Positions 1 through 10,213 of a stretch of 64,000 bases of DNA are shown one piece after another. The notes under the pieces were generated by a model that was given only the letters and a program-made list of their open reading frames with translations, did not search any database and had not been told where the DNA came from. The DNA is from Aneurinibacillus sp. (GTDB lineage: Bacteria; Bacillota; UBA5301; DYFA01): contig DYFA01000045.1 of assembly GCA_020725425.1 (NCBI GenBank), positions 70,924-134,923 on the forward strand, in the 5' to 3' direction. The position numbers and the translations under genes were made by a program. Within the stretch, counting starts at the first letter, position 1; each line of letters opens with the position of its first letter.

Positions 1-1273
1 CGCGGGCTTGACACACGAGCGGAATGGTGCTCGGACGCCGGCCGCCGAAGAGAATCGCGCTGATGGGCACACCATCAGGGTCTTCCCACTCCGGGGCGAT
101 GACCGGACACTGCCTGGCCGGAGCGGTAAAGCGCGCGTTCGGGTGAGCGGCCGTGCCTGTGCGATCCCACTCCTTGCCCTTCCAGTCGATGATCCTGCCG
201 GCGGGGGCCTCATAACCGATGCCTTCCCACCACACGTCACCGTCTTCCGTCAGGGCGACATTGGTGAAGATGGTGTTCTTCTCGATCGTCTTCATCGCAT
301 TGGGATTCGACTTTGCGGAGGTGCCGGGAGCCACGCCAAAGAAACCCGTTTCGGGGTTCGTGGCGTACAGGCGGCCGTCGGCGCCGAACCTCACCCAGGC
401 GATGTCTTCGCCCACGAGTTCGACCTTCCAGCCGGGGAGAGCGGGGGTCAGCATGGCCAGGTTGGTCTTGCCGCAGGCGCTGGGGAAAGCAGCAGCCATG
501 TACCTCTTGGCACCCTGGGGCGTGGTGACGGACAGGATGAGCATATGTTCGGCCAGCCAGCCCTCGTCACGGGCGATCACCGAAGCGATGCGCAGCGCCA
601 GACACTTCTTGCTGAGCAGCGCGTTGCCGCCGTATCCGGAACCATAAGACCAGATGGTGCGTTCCTCGGGGAAGTGTGCGATATATCTCTGCTCAAGGGG
701 GGCGCACGGCCACTGGCCGTTGTCTTTTTCGCCCGGAGCCAAGGGTTTGCCGACAGAATGAAGGCAAGGGATGAACTCGCCGTCTTCGCCCAGAGCCTCC
801 AGCACCCCGGAGCTCACGCGGGCCATGAGGTGCATGTTGGCGACCACATAGGGGCTGTCGGTGATTTGGACGCCGATTAGGGCGAGGCTGGAACCGGCCG
901 GACCCATGCGGAAAGGGACCACATACATGGTGCGCCCCCGCATGCAACCGCGGAAGAGGCCCCTCATCGTCTTCTTCAACGCCTCGGGCTCGGCCCAGTT
1001 GTTGGTCGGGCCGGCCTCTTCGGGGGTCTGGCTGGCGATGAAAGTGCGTTTTTCCGTGCGCGCTACATCGGAAGGGTCGGAGCGGACCAGGTAAGAGCCG
1101 GGGCGTTTGTCTGGATTGAGCGGGACGGCCAGCTTCTCGTCCACCATGGTTTGGATTGCGCGCTCGTATTCGGCCCGGGAACCATCGCACCATACGATTC
1201 TATCCGGCTGAGTCAGGCGGGCGACATCCTCGACCCAGGCGAGAAGTCGCTTATGCTTGACGACCAAGCTCAT
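1..1273 (-). CDS. pckG: GTP-dependent phosphoenolpyruvate carboxykinase, N-terminal ~424 aa (gene continues beyond window start)
   Basis: Reverse-strand translation from ATG ~1271-1273 ([16 protein letters not shown]...) runs to position 1 without a stop. It contains PEPCK-GTP motifs: P-loop '[14 protein letters not shown]', '[11 protein letters not shown]', '[16 protein letters not shown]', '[14 protein letters not shown]'. Confidence 0.85.
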   Translation of the reverse strand, partial: MSLVVKHKRLLAWVEDVARLTQPDRIVWCDGSRAEYERAIQTMVDEKLAVPLNPDKRPGSYLVRSDPSDVARTEKRTFIASQTPEEAGPTNNWAEPEALKKTMRGLFRGCMRGRTMYVVPFRMGPAGSSLALIGVQITDSPYVVANMHLMARVSSGVLEALGEDGEFIPCLHSVGKPLAPGEKDNGQWPCAPLEQRYIAHFPEERTIWSYGSGYGGNALLSKKCLALRIASVIARDEGWLAEHMLILSVTTPQGAKRYMAAAFPSACGKTNLAMLTPALPGWKVELVGEDIAWVRFGADGRLYATNPETGFFGVAPGTSAKSNPNAMKTIEKNTIFTNVALTEDGDVWWEGIGYEAPAGRIIDWKGKEWDRTGTAAHPNARFTAPARQCPVIAPEWEDPDGVPISAILFGGRRPSTIPLVCQAR

Positions 1274-1598
1274 GCCGCTCCTCCCGTGCATCATGTTAAA
1301 GCAGACGGTTCTCGAAAGTCGTCGTCACTTCCTTCCTCGCCTGCCCGCGGTCGCAGGCGTCCCAGCTCAGGCTGGGGCTCTGGAGGTTCCAGTCCCACCG
1401 CTGGCCGCCCGCTCCGGCGCAGCCCGTACAGGAGCAGCGCCTCACCCTGGGCCAGAATGCCCTGCAGGTGTTTGGGCTGCGATGATCCGAAAAGAAATGG
1501 TACTGGCAGCAGGAAACGGTTGCCATAATGTCGAATTCTTATGGCAGTTTCACCCATCTGGTCGGAGGGTGCCACATTACGCTAAGGAGGGGACCTTT

Positions 1599-3479
1599 AT
1601 GAAACACGGAGGCACATATCGGAACCTCGCGTTACTAGCGGCGCTGGCAGTGGTGGTAGGCAGCCTGACCGGCTGCTTCGGCGGCAGTTCGACCCCGACG
1701 GCGCCGTCCGCCAACGTGAGCCAGGTGACCGGGACCATCTTGGCTCCCGAAGGTACCGCAGTGGCGGCCGCAACTCGCCGCCCCATGCTTCTCGACTGGT
1801 TTGACCCCGTCGCCTATGCGTTGGGCGTTGGTACTCCGTTAGCCGGAGCAAAAGTGATCGCTCTCAACTTCGCTAACGGCACGCAGGTCGGCACCGAGGC
1901 GACGACCGACAGCAGCGGGAGATACACCATCAGCAACATCCCTGCCGGTATCGATGTCTTGATCGTCGCCACCAAGGACACCGCCGCGGGCCCCGTACGC
2001 CTCACGCGCCTGGTCGCCGACCTCGCGGAGGGCACCTCTCCTGCCGACGTGGACGCCGCGACCAGCGTGGTAGCCGAAGCCTATGCCGTGAATATGAACA
2101 AGGACTTTGACCTCGCAGCCGACGTGGTCCAGGCCGCGGTGCAGGCCGCCGCGGCGGAACTGGAGTCGGTGTCGACGCTGGACCTGACAGTCGGCCACGG
2201 CGTGATTCAAAGCACCCTGGGCAGCGGCCTGGATCCCGCAGCTCGAACGGAGGTACAGAACATCGTGAAAACCGCCGTGGCTGAGCCGGCCAAGGCCATG
2301 GTCAGAGGCCTGCTCACCGCCGGCCTAACCGCCTCGGGGACCTTCGAGACCGAAGTCGAGGCTGAGGTGAACGACTTCGACGCCAACATCATCCCGTACT
2401 TCCAGGATGTCGTGAACGCTTTCGTGGAACCGTACGGATACGAGTTGACCCGGGTCGCAGCGGCTTCATACACCAAGGCTGATTTGGAGGCGGCGCTGAG
2501 TTCCTCCACCGCCGAATGGGGTGCCTACCATGGCACCTGGACAATCACCGATGCCGGCATCACCCAGGTAGTCACGATCACGAAGTCCGGCGATTACGAG
2601 ACTTGGACGTTCAGTATCACCGGCCAGAACGGGTTTGAGGAGACCGGCAGCGCTCCCCTGCAAGCAAGGCTCGCTCCCGGTCAACTCAATTCGAATAGCT
2701 TCTCCTTCACCGCCCGGACCAGCACTGATGCCACCCCAGTCAGCTTCTCGGGGTCTATGAACTGTTCCCTGGACGAGCAAGGTCGCATGACCTCCGGCAC
2801 GCTGAGTGGCACTTTCTCTTCGGAGAAGGTCAACGGCCAGGGCACCCTCACCGTGCAGTGCTTCGACAGCAGCCCCAGTGTACCTCAGAGAATCACCTAT
2901 AACGGGACGTTGCGCACCGTTTCCCGGACCTATACCGGAACCTTTACGACGGATCTGGTACTAGTCCCAGAGACTCCGACCGTGCTGCCCTGCGTGCCGT
3001 CACGCATGGTCTTCACCGGCTCCTATACCTCGACCACCGGTGTCACGGCTCAGGGAACGCTGGACGCTCAGTTCCCCAACGCGGCCACCTACGATCCGTC
3101 AAGCGGCGAAAACTCCTCCAACTACCTGCAAGGGACGTTCACCTTCGACGGCAGCTTCACTAAGCCCGGATATCAGACAATCAACACCGACCTGACCATC
3201 ACCCGCAGCAGCAATACGACGTACACTGCGGACCTCGCCTACTCCTGCGGAGCCGCCACGCTCGCGGGAAAGATCGCCCATCAGACCGACACCGGCTCGA
3301 CCACGGTCAACCTCACCAACGAGGCCGGCTTGGTGGTCCAGATGACGGTCGACGGGAGTGGGCGGGCCACCGGCACCATCACGGGATTCGGCGCCCAGCT
3401 CGCTACGATCGCCTACAACTCAGCGCTCCACATGAATCAAGCGACGTACCCGGATGGCGAATTCAACAGTTTGTTCTAG
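1599..3479 (+). CDS. Secreted lipoprotein with N-terminal carboxypeptidase-regulatory-like domain and a Thr/Ser-rich beta-rich C-terminal region
   Basis: RBS AGGAGG upstream of ATG at 1599. Signal peptide with lipobox 'LTGC'. A 'SGRYTISNIPAG' motif is typical of CarboxypepD_reg-like domains. The listed ORF 1257..3479 carries a spurious N-terminal extension. Confidence 0.6.
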   Translation: MKHGGTYRNLALLAALAVVVGSLTGCFGGSSTPTAPSANVSQVTGTILAPEGTAVAAATRRPMLLDWFDPVAYALGVGTPLAGAKVIALNFANGTQVGTEATTDSSGRYTISNIPAGIDVLIVATKDTAAGPVRLTRLVADLAEGTSPADVDAATSVVAEAYAVNMNKDFDLAADVVQAAVQAAAAELESVSTLDLTVGHGVIQSTLGSGLDPAARTEVQNIVKTAVAEPAKAMVRGLLTAGLTASGTFETEVEAEVNDFDANIIPYFQDVVNAFVEPYGYELTRVAAASYTKADLEAALSSSTAEWGAYHGTWTITDAGITQVVTITKSGDYETWTFSITGQNGFEETGSAPLQARLAPGQLNSNSFSFTARTSTDATPVSFSGSMNCSLDEQGRMTSGTLSGTFSSEKVNGQGTLTVQCFDSSPSVPQRITYNGTLRTVSRTYTGTFTTDLVLVPETPTVLPCVPSRMVFTGSYTSTTGVTAQGTLDAQFPNAATYDPSSGENSSNYLQGTFTFDGSFTKPGYQTINTDLTITRSSNTTYTADLAYSCGAATLAGKIAHQTDTGSTTVNLTNEAGLVVQMTVDGSGRATGTITGFGAQLATIAYNSALHMNQATYPDGEFNSLF

Positions 3480-3492
3480 CTTCAAGCTGGAG

Positions 3493-3525
3493 GGCAGGGG
3501 AGTCCAACCTCCCCTGCCCTTTTTC
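3493..3525 (+). terminator. Rho-independent terminator after the lipoprotein gene
   Basis: Perfect 10-bp stem 'GGCAGGGGAG'/'CTCCCCTGCC' with a 5-nt loop, followed by 'CTTTTTC'. Confidence 0.55.
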
Positions 3526-3564
3526 ACCACAATATGCCGGGCACGGAGGGTCGCGGTCTTCCTT

Positions 3565-4680
3565 GTGACCAGCGTGGTTCTTCTGTGTGCCGGCACCGGT
3601 TCGGCGTTCCTTGATCCCTCCAGTCTCGCCGGCTTTCCGTCTTCCCGGCCGGCGACCGCCAGCTTTGACCCCTTCGGCTCGCTCAACGTCTCCGGCAACT
3701 ATCTTCCCGTCAATCGACTGGTGTCCCGGCCGTTCTCTTTCTCTCCCGCTTCTCTGACTCTCGGCTCCGCCGTCTTTTGGCCCGCTCGCCCCATTCCCCC
3801 GACAGTCCACTTCCGCCAGTCCGCGGCAGTGGCATGCCCGGCTTCTCTCCGTGCTGGCTGGGCAGTCGCCGTTCTGGACACATCCCGCCGCCAACTGGCG
3901 CTCAGCCGGGATGCCGTGATCTATGCCAAAGCGCCGGGGAGCATTCCCCCCGGCGAGACGCTGCTTTTCGCCGCCGCCTATTCCGAGGCCGCTGAGCAAA
4001 GGGTGCGCCTCGCGACCCGGCAGTCGTTTTCCGTCCGGGGGTTCAAGGGTGAAGCGGAGGTCCTGCTCGACCTGCTGTCCGGATCCAGGTACGCCGACCT
4101 TTCGGTCGCTGGGCCGATCACCAGTGACCAGACTGTACTGACGATCTCCAGCCTGGAGGCGCGCCCCGGTTCCGGCGCCCAAGGACTCGGGTTCGCCCTG
4201 CATGGCGCCGTCCAACTGGAACTCCCGGGAGGGTGGGAGTTGTCCGGCGCAGTCGAGAACGCCTTGTCCCGGATGTGGTGGACCGGCCTGACCCAGACCG
4301 AGGCATTAGCTAACACCAGCACCACGGTCACCGACCCCGACGGTTACCTGACGGTGGTCCCAGTGGTCTCTGGCACCGAAAGAAGAGTCAATCGGATAGT
4401 GGAGTTTCCGGTCGAGCCGACCATAGCCCTCTCCCGTCGCCAGGGTCCGGCCACCTACCGGCTCCTCGTCGACCTCTACACCGACCGGCCGGCCTTCCGC
4501 CCCGCCGTCTCCTGGCGCCTCCGCCGCTCCACCCTGACCCTGTCCTACCATTCCCTCGACTCCGCCACCACCCTGGGCCTGGTCTACGGCCCCGCCACCC
4601 TGGCTCTGACCACCAACGATCTCGACTTCAGCCGCGCCACGGCGTTGGGCATGACCGCTGGTCTTGTACTTGGCTTCTAG
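3565..4680 (+). CDS. Putative outer-membrane beta-barrel protein (start uncertain)
   Basis: The ORF ends '...ALGMTAGLVLGF', i.e. a C-terminal Phe with an alternating hydrophobic pattern typical of OMP C-terminal beta strands. The listed ATG at 3454 lies before and overlaps the terminator, so the real start is downstream (GTG ~3565 or later). Confidence 0.45.
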   Translation: MTSVVLLCAGTGSAFLDPSSLAGFPSSRPATASFDPFGSLNVSGNYLPVNRLVSRPFSFSPASLTLGSAVFWPARPIPPTVHFRQSAAVACPASLRAGWAVAVLDTSRRQLALSRDAVIYAKAPGSIPPGETLLFAAAYSEAAEQRVRLATRQSFSVRGFKGEAEVLLDLLSGSRYADLSVAGPITSDQTVLTISSLEARPGSGAQGLGFALHGAVQLELPGGWELSGAVENALSRMWWTGLTQTEALANTSTTVTDPDGYLTVVPVVSGTERRVNRIVEFPVEPTIALSRRQGPATYRLLVDLYTDRPAFRPAVSWRLRRSTLTLSYHSLDSATTLGLVYGPATLALTTNDLDFSRATALGMTAGLVLGF

Positions 4681-4942
4681 GGGCAACGGCCATGTTCACG
4701 GCCTCAACCGCAAGTTCGGCCACCGGACGTTCCCCCATGGCCCAACCCACAACCATGTTCGGTCATGTCCGCAACCCGCAGACGGTTGGGGGCCGCCGCC
4801 GTGACTGCCGCTGAACCAGGTCTGGCGCCAGTTCGTGCTCGGGGTTGCGGTGAGTAAAGCCGCAGAGTCTCCAAAACCCTGATTCTTCCAATATCCTGAT
4901 ACATCGGGCTTCCCCACAACGGGAGCAACCCAAAGTACACTA

Positions 4943-5209
4943 CAACCCCAAGCCAACACTGAAAATACCGACCTTCTCGCTGGGCACAGGCAAGACCCGG
5001 CCGGGATCGTCCTGGTAGTGGAGCGGGCGCCCGGAGAGCTCCAAGGTCATCGCGCCGTCATCGTTCTTGAAGGTCTTGCTGTGGGAGGTGCGGAGTTCAA
5101 TCAGTTCGCTTCGGGCCGCAGTCGCTGGAGGGGGCCACACAAAGAACCCGACAAGCACAACCAGGAAACCCGTCACGACGCTCGACGCGACCCAACGTCC
5201 TCCCCGCAT
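4943..5209 (-). CDS. Small membrane-anchored hypothetical protein (88 aa)
   Basis: Strong RBS 'GGAGGAGGG' 5 nt upstream of the ATG. N-terminal TM helix 'VASSVVTGFLVVLVGFFVW'. Divergent from the secretin gene. Confidence 0.4.
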
Positions 5210-5448
5210 ATAGACCCTCCTCCCCCAGGAATCAAAGCGGCCTGTTTCCCGGTGTCGAGAAACAGGCCCCGTGCCCGCTGGGTTGATTTCCTGTCTCTCC
5301 GGCAGCCCGGCTGTCGTAGCCTCCGTTTGGCTGTAGACCCGCAGCTTTGCGTCTCCCTCTCGCTGGCAGGATTAGCCAATGAAAGGTGGAACAACTATCT
5401 CACCAAAGCGCAAGGGGGTCGCCTTGTGTGAGCCGGGGAGGGAGAGCG

Positions 5449-7998
5449 GTGAAGCGGTTGCCCGGGTTGCTGCAGGTGGGTGTGACGCTCGGTCTCTGCG
5501 TGGCGCTGGTCGGGAACCTGACGATCTGCTCGCTCCCCGGAGCGGCGGCTGGCGGAACCGTCACTCTCGACTTCAAGGACACCGACATTCGGGACATCCT
5601 GCGGGTGCTCGGGGCGCAGCAGGGGGTCAGCATCCTCCCCGATCCCGGAATCGCCGGTCCGGTGACCATCCACCTGACCGACGTGCCCTTCGAGGAGGGC
5701 TTGCGCGCGCTGCTCGAATCGCAGGGTCTGACCTACACCAAGCAGGGGAACGTCTACCGGGTCCAGCGGGCCAAGACGGCGCAGTTCAAGGTGGCGTGGA
5801 ACAAGGAGAAGGGGCGGCTGTCGCTCAGCGCCAGCGGGGCCGACCTCGGGGAGCTGGCCCGGGAGATCACCAACCAGACCGGGATCAACGTGGTTCTGGA
5901 GCGGGGGGCCCGAGCCACCGTCACGGCGACCCTGGTGGACCTGCCCTTCGAGGCGGCGCTGGGGGCGCTGGCGGAAGCCAACGGGCTCCGGGCGGTGAAG
6001 CGGGAGAACTACTGGGCCCTGGCACCGGCCGACGGAGCGACGGGCGGGGGTCTGGAGCAGTTGCAGGTCGAGGGCGACCTGTTGACTCTGCGGGCTCGGG
6101 AGGTGGATCTGGGGCTGCTCCTGCGGGAGCTTTCGGCCCGGGCCAACCTCAATCTGGTCGCCGACCGGGAGGCAAGGGGGCCGGTGAGCGGGTCGCTGGT
6201 GCGGGTGCCCCTGGTGGCCGGGCTGACCACCCTGCTCGAAGCGAACGGCTTCCAACTCGTGAACCGGGGCGACACCTACGTCGTCCGCCGGGCTCAGGCT
6301 TCCAATTTCACCCTGGTCCGGCGCCTCGACGGGAAGTTCGACCTCAACGTCTCCGGAGCCGATCTCGGCCAGGTGCTGCGGGAGTTGGCCGAACGGGCCG
6401 GAGTCAACCTGGTGGTATACAACTACGTCCGGGCGCAGGTCGCCCAGGTGACGGTGGAAGGGGTAACCCTGGAGGAAGCCTTCACCTACCTGCTCAAGGG
6501 GACGCCGCTCGTCTTCCGCAAGGAGGGCAATCTCTACCTCGTCGGTGACGCCGGCACGCTCCGCCCCGACTCACTCGACCTGATCCAGTCGCGCTTCTTC
6601 CGCCTGGCCTACGTGGCCCCTGAGGGGCTGGCCGCCCTGCTCCCGCCCATTTTCCCGGCCAACGCCGTGCGCCCGGTGAAGGAGCTGTCCGGGATCGTCG
6701 CCACCGGCTCCCCTGAGCTGCTCGGGCGGCTCGAGGAGTACCTGAAGATGATCGACGTGCCGGGTCGGGGAGGGACGGTCGAGCTCGTCCGGCTGACCAA
6801 CACCAAAGCTGACGAGCTGGCGCCGGTCCTGGGCCGGGTCTACTCGCCTCAGGGTCTGCAGCCGTTGCGGGACGGGAGCGGCTTCCTGCTCAGCGGGACA
6901 CCGGAAATGGTCGCCCAGATGAAGGAGACGATCGGCCGCCTCGACCAGCCGAGCCCTGCTACCAGCCGCCTGTTCGTCCTCAAACACCTGCGGGCCGAGG
7001 ACGTGACCCGCCTGCTGCCACCCGGAATGGACAAGGCGGGGGTTCTGGCACTTCCCCACCTCAACGCCGTGGTCGCCTCAGGGAACGAGGCTTACCTCGC
7101 GCAGCTCGCGGCCTACCTCCACGAGATCGACGCCCCCACGCCGCAGATCCTCTTCGACGTTTTGGTGGTGGAGTACAGCCGGGACGTCAGCGATACCGCC
7201 GGACTCTCCATGACCGGCAAGGAGGGGCAGGTCGAGTTGAAGCTGAACGAGGGGGACTCCAACGACAACCCCACCGGGCTGGTGCTGAACGTGAACTCCG
7301 GCTGGTCCCTGAACCCCTCCTTCTCTGCCACGCTGAAAGCCCTGGTCCACCAGGGCAAAGCCAAAATCCTGGCCAACCCGAAACTGGCGGCCCTCTCCGG
7401 GGAGACGGCCAGCTTCAACGTGATCACCAAGAGCTACTACTGGGACCCCCGCTACGAGGACAGCGACGCCAACACGGCCCCCAACACCGGCACAGGCTCG
7501 TCGGGCACCAGCGGAACCGGCGGGAGCAGCGGGACCACCACGACCACGGACGGGACTCTCCCCACCCTGCGCGGCGGGGCGCCGCGGTCGATCGACACCG
7601 GCCTCAAGGTGAAGGTGAAGCCGTGGGTCTCGGGGACGGGCGAGATCACCATCGACATCGAACCCTCGATCAGCGACTCCATGCCGAGCCAGGCCGACTT
7701 GCCCAAGACCAACGAGCGGTCCGCCCGGACGACGGTCCGGGTGAAGGACGGCGAGACCATCATCATCGGGGGGCTGATCCAGAGCGAGGTGCACCGGCAG
7801 AGTTACCGCGTGCCGCTCCTGGGGAGCATCCCCGTGATCGGCGCCCTCTTCCGGAGCAAGAACAACCTGGACCGGCAGAGCGAGTTCGTCATCTACATCA
7901 CGCCCCATCTCGTCACGGGGGCGGAGGAGGCCAACCGCCGCTTCGTGCCGCTCTGGCAGCCGGAAGAGCTGAAGAAGGAAGGGGCGGCCGCCCACTAA
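5449..7998 (+). CDS. gspD: Type II secretion / type IV pilus secretin (GspD/PilQ family)
   Basis: GTG start at 5449 preceded by 'GGGAGGGAG'. Signal peptide present. Multiple N-domain repeats. C-terminal secretin domain ('...GETIIIGGLIQSEVHRQSYRVPLLGSIPVIGALFRSKNNLDRQSEFVIYITPHLV'). Contains a Gly/Ser/Thr low-complexity insert. Confidence 0.85.
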   Translation: MKRLPGLLQVGVTLGLCVALVGNLTICSLPGAAAGGTVTLDFKDTDIRDILRVLGAQQGVSILPDPGIAGPVTIHLTDVPFEEGLRALLESQGLTYTKQGNVYRVQRAKTAQFKVAWNKEKGRLSLSASGADLGELAREITNQTGINVVLERGARATVTATLVDLPFEAALGALAEANGLRAVKRENYWALAPADGATGGGLEQLQVEGDLLTLRAREVDLGLLLRELSARANLNLVADREARGPVSGSLVRVPLVAGLTTLLEANGFQLVNRGDTYVVRRAQASNFTLVRRLDGKFDLNVSGADLGQVLRELAERAGVNLVVYNYVRAQVAQVTVEGVTLEEAFTYLLKGTPLVFRKEGNLYLVGDAGTLRPDSLDLIQSRFFRLAYVAPEGLAALLPPIFPANAVRPVKELSGIVATGSPELLGRLEEYLKMIDVPGRGGTVELVRLTNTKADELAPVLGRVYSPQGLQPLRDGSGFLLSGTPEMVAQMKETIGRLDQPSPATSRLFVLKHLRAEDVTRLLPPGMDKAGVLALPHLNAVVASGNEAYLAQLAAYLHEIDAPTPQILFDVLVVEYSRDVSDTAGLSMTGKEGQVELKLNEGDSNDNPTGLVLNVNSGWSLNPSFSATLKALVHQGKAKILANPKLAALSGETASFNVITKSYYWDPRYEDSDANTAPNTGTGSSGTSGTGGSSGTTTTTDGTLPTLRGGAPRSIDTGLKVKVKPWVSGTGEITIDIEPSISDSMPSQADLPKTNERSARTTVRVKDGETIIIGGLIQSEVHRQSYRVPLLGSIPVIGALFRSKNNLDRQSEFVIYITPHLVTGAEEANRRFVPLWQPEELKKEGAAAH

Positions 7999-8017
7999 CC
8001 CCTGCCGGCGGACCTCC

Positions 8018-10213
8018 TCACGGCAGCGGCAGCCGGATCCGGGCGCCTTTGACCTCCACCACGATCCCGTCCCGCCGGATCTCGACCACTCTCTCCCCGC
8101 CGACCGTGTCTCCGGACTTGACCACGACCGTCGCCCCCCCGCCGGCCTGGCGGACCAGGGCGCGGGGGCTGCCTTGCGGGTCATAGACCAGGCCCAGGAG
8201 GACGAGGCTGCTGCGGGGCGGCTCAGGCGGGGCGGGCGCTCCCGCCGGGCGCCGGTTGCCGGCCTTCTCGGGCACCGGAGTAACGCCCAGCCCGAAGAGG
8301 CGCCCTTCCCAGAGGCGGGGATACGCCTCTACCCGGGGAACGGTCAAGCCGGCTGCTTCAGCCAGGGCGCCCGGCGCAGCGGGCGGCGCGGCCGCCGGGC
8401 GGGTATCCGGCGAGCCGGCCGAGGACGGGCGGTCCAGGACCAGTTGCAGACGGAAGATCATGGCGCCGGACTCGCCGGCGCTTCTTTGGGCAGCCAACAC
8501 CTCCAGGGAGAGGAGCGGGTTTTGCCCGGCCAGCGCCACAAGGAAGGCAGTCAGGCTGCGGTCGCCGCCGGAGAAGGAGACGTCCACCGCCAAGCGCTGG
8601 CGCCCCGGGGGCGAGGTGAGCAGTTGGGCGCTCTTCGTCTCCAACCGAACCTCCGCGCCGGCGGCGGCCCGCTCGACCTGCACGAGCAGGCGGGTCAGGG
8701 CCTGGTCCGGCGGGAGTCCGGCCCATCCCAGCGCCCGCAGGGCGGCCAGAGCCTGGGTCCTGTCGCCGGCCCCGGTTGACTGGACCGGCGGGGCGGCGGG
8801 AGTCAGGCGTCCCACCAGGGCGAAGGCCTCACTGCCGTCGGCGCGGCGGGTGACCGGCCCGGCCAGGGCGACCTCCGCCAGGCGGCGGTTCCCCGTCAGG
8901 GCAGACAACACCGCGCTGGCCCGGGACGCTACGGCGCGGAACTCGACCAGGTGGTCCCCTTCCAGACGCAGGCCCTCCAGCCGCGTTCCGGCAGGCAGGC
9001 TGGCCGCCAGGGAGTCGATGGTCTCCAGGCGGGCGGCCAGAGGGAAGGCCACCGTGCGCCAGGCGGTCACCTCGGCGGCCTGACCGGCCAGGGCGGCAGA
9101 GGCCCGCTCCGCCGCCCGCTGCTCGTGAAGGCGGTAGACAGCGGCCCCGGCACCCAGGAGGGCCATTCCGACGGCCAGAGCCAGCGCCGCCACCCGTCTC
9201 CCTTCATACAGGGGTCGCTCCCCCGCTCTCCGCCCCCCGTTCAACAAAAGCGGCAGAGCTGCCCGGCCCCCCGCAGCCAGGAGGCCACCCCAAGCCGCCC
9301 AGTACTCCGCCGGCAGGCCGCCCACCCCGGCCGGGCGCCATTCCCAGACCGCAAACCCCGGCAGGGACGCCCAGGAGGCGCCCGCCGGCACCCACAACTC
9401 GACCGGCCCCCCTTCCGGGGCAACGAACTGGCGGGACCGGTCGATCTCCGCCTCAGCCTCGGCCCGGGGGAAAGAGCGGGAGAACCCCCAGTCGCCCCCG
9501 GCCAGCGCCACCAGGTCGACCTCGTCCCGCGCCCCCACCAGGAACCCCCGCCCCGCCAGGGGGCCCGGCGCCTCCGCGCTGTCTTCCCTTCTCTTGGCCT
9601 TGCTCGTGCGGAAGGCGTTGAGCAGCGCCACGCCGGCCGGCACCACTCCGGCAAGTGAGGCGAGCTCCAGCCCGGCGTCCTGGCAGGCCTTGAGCCACGG
9701 CGCCAGCGCCTCCCGCTGCGCCGTGATGGCGAGCAGCCGGCGCGGCGCACTGTCCGACGGGCGGTCGGGCAGGGGTTCGGAGAGCGCAGTCCCGGGGAGA
9801 AGAGCGAAGCCGTCGTAGCGCTCCTCGTCGGTCCAGGGGAGAACGGCGTTGAGCTCCTGGGTCACCAGCGCCCCCAGGTGGCGGGGGCTCAGGGGCGGAA
9901 CGGTGAGCACCCGTTCCAGGAAGAGGCGGCGGGGCAGAACGACCACCAGACGTGCCCGCCCCGGCGGCAGCCAGTTCAGCAGCCGGCGCAGCGTGGCTGC
10001 CCGCGCCCCGGCGTCCGCGCCGGATGGGCCCTCGCTGGCGGCGGGCTCACCGGTCTCCTCCTCCGCCCAGCGTTCCTCAGCCCACCCCTCGACCGTCCAG
10101 ACAGCCCCCCAGCGGCGGGCAACCACGCCGCGCGCGGCGCACTGGTCGAAGTCGACGGCCACCCATCTCTCCGGCAACCAGCCCTGGAGCCTCATTGCCC
10201 CACCTCCGCCCAA
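8018..10213 (-). CDS. Fused pilus/T2SS assembly-platform protein: PilM(GspL)-like cytoplasmic domain + TM + PilN/PilO(GspM)-like + C-terminal PilP/GspC-like domain
   Basis: 731 aa. N-terminus 'WVAVDFDQ...' is actin-like PilM-like. A single TM follows ('ALALAVGMALLGAGAAVY'), then coiled-coil periplasmic domains. The C-terminus 'LVLLGLVYDPQGSPRALVRQ..GATVVVKSGDTVGGERVVEIRRDGIVVEV' is PilP/GspC-like. It sits last in the pseudopilin operon. Confidence 0.5.
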   Translation of the reverse strand: MGGGGAMRLQGWLPERWVAVDFDQCAARGVVARRWGAVWTVEGWAEERWAEEETGEPAASEGPSGADAGARAATLRRLLNWLPPGRARLVVVLPRRLFLERVLTVPPLSPRHLGALVTQELNAVLPWTDEERYDGFALLPGTALSEPLPDRPSDSAPRRLLAITAQREALAPWLKACQDAGLELASLAGVVPAGVALLNAFRTSKAKRREDSAEAPGPLAGRGFLVGARDEVDLVALAGGDWGFSRSFPRAEAEAEIDRSRQFVAPEGGPVELWVPAGASWASLPGFAVWEWRPAGVGGLPAEYWAAWGGLLAAGGRAALPLLLNGGRRAGERPLYEGRRVAALALAVGMALLGAGAAVYRLHEQRAAERASAALAGQAAEVTAWRTVAFPLAARLETIDSLAASLPAGTRLEGLRLEGDHLVEFRAVASRASAVLSALTGNRRLAEVALAGPVTRRADGSEAFALVGRLTPAAPPVQSTGAGDRTQALAALRALGWAGLPPDQALTRLLVQVERAAAGAEVRLETKSAQLLTSPPGRQRLAVDVSFSGGDRSLTAFLVALAGQNPLLSLEVLAAQRSAGESGAMIFRLQLVLDRPSSAGSPDTRPAAAPPAAPGALAEAAGLTVPRVEAYPRLWEGRLFGLGVTPVPEKAGNRRPAGAPAPPEPPRSSLVLLGLVYDPQGSPRALVRQAGGGATVVVKSGDTVGGERVVEIRRDGIVVEVKGARIRLPLP

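Noticed and set aside
8-1193. Plus- and minus-strand ORFs (8..880, 693..1193, etc.) at the window start
   Set aside because: They overlap the clearly conserved PEPCK-GTP reading frame on the minus strand. Their translations have no recognisable motifs.
3454-3564. ATG at 3454 as the start of the OMP-like gene
   Set aside because: It would overlap the upstream gene's last codons and read through the intrinsic terminator hairpin at 3493-3525. The start must be downstream.
5395-8184. Minus-strand ORFs 5395..6255 and 7078..8184 opposite the secretin gene
   Set aside because: Antisense to the secretin ORF, which has strong family motifs. Compositionally biased (R/P/G-rich).
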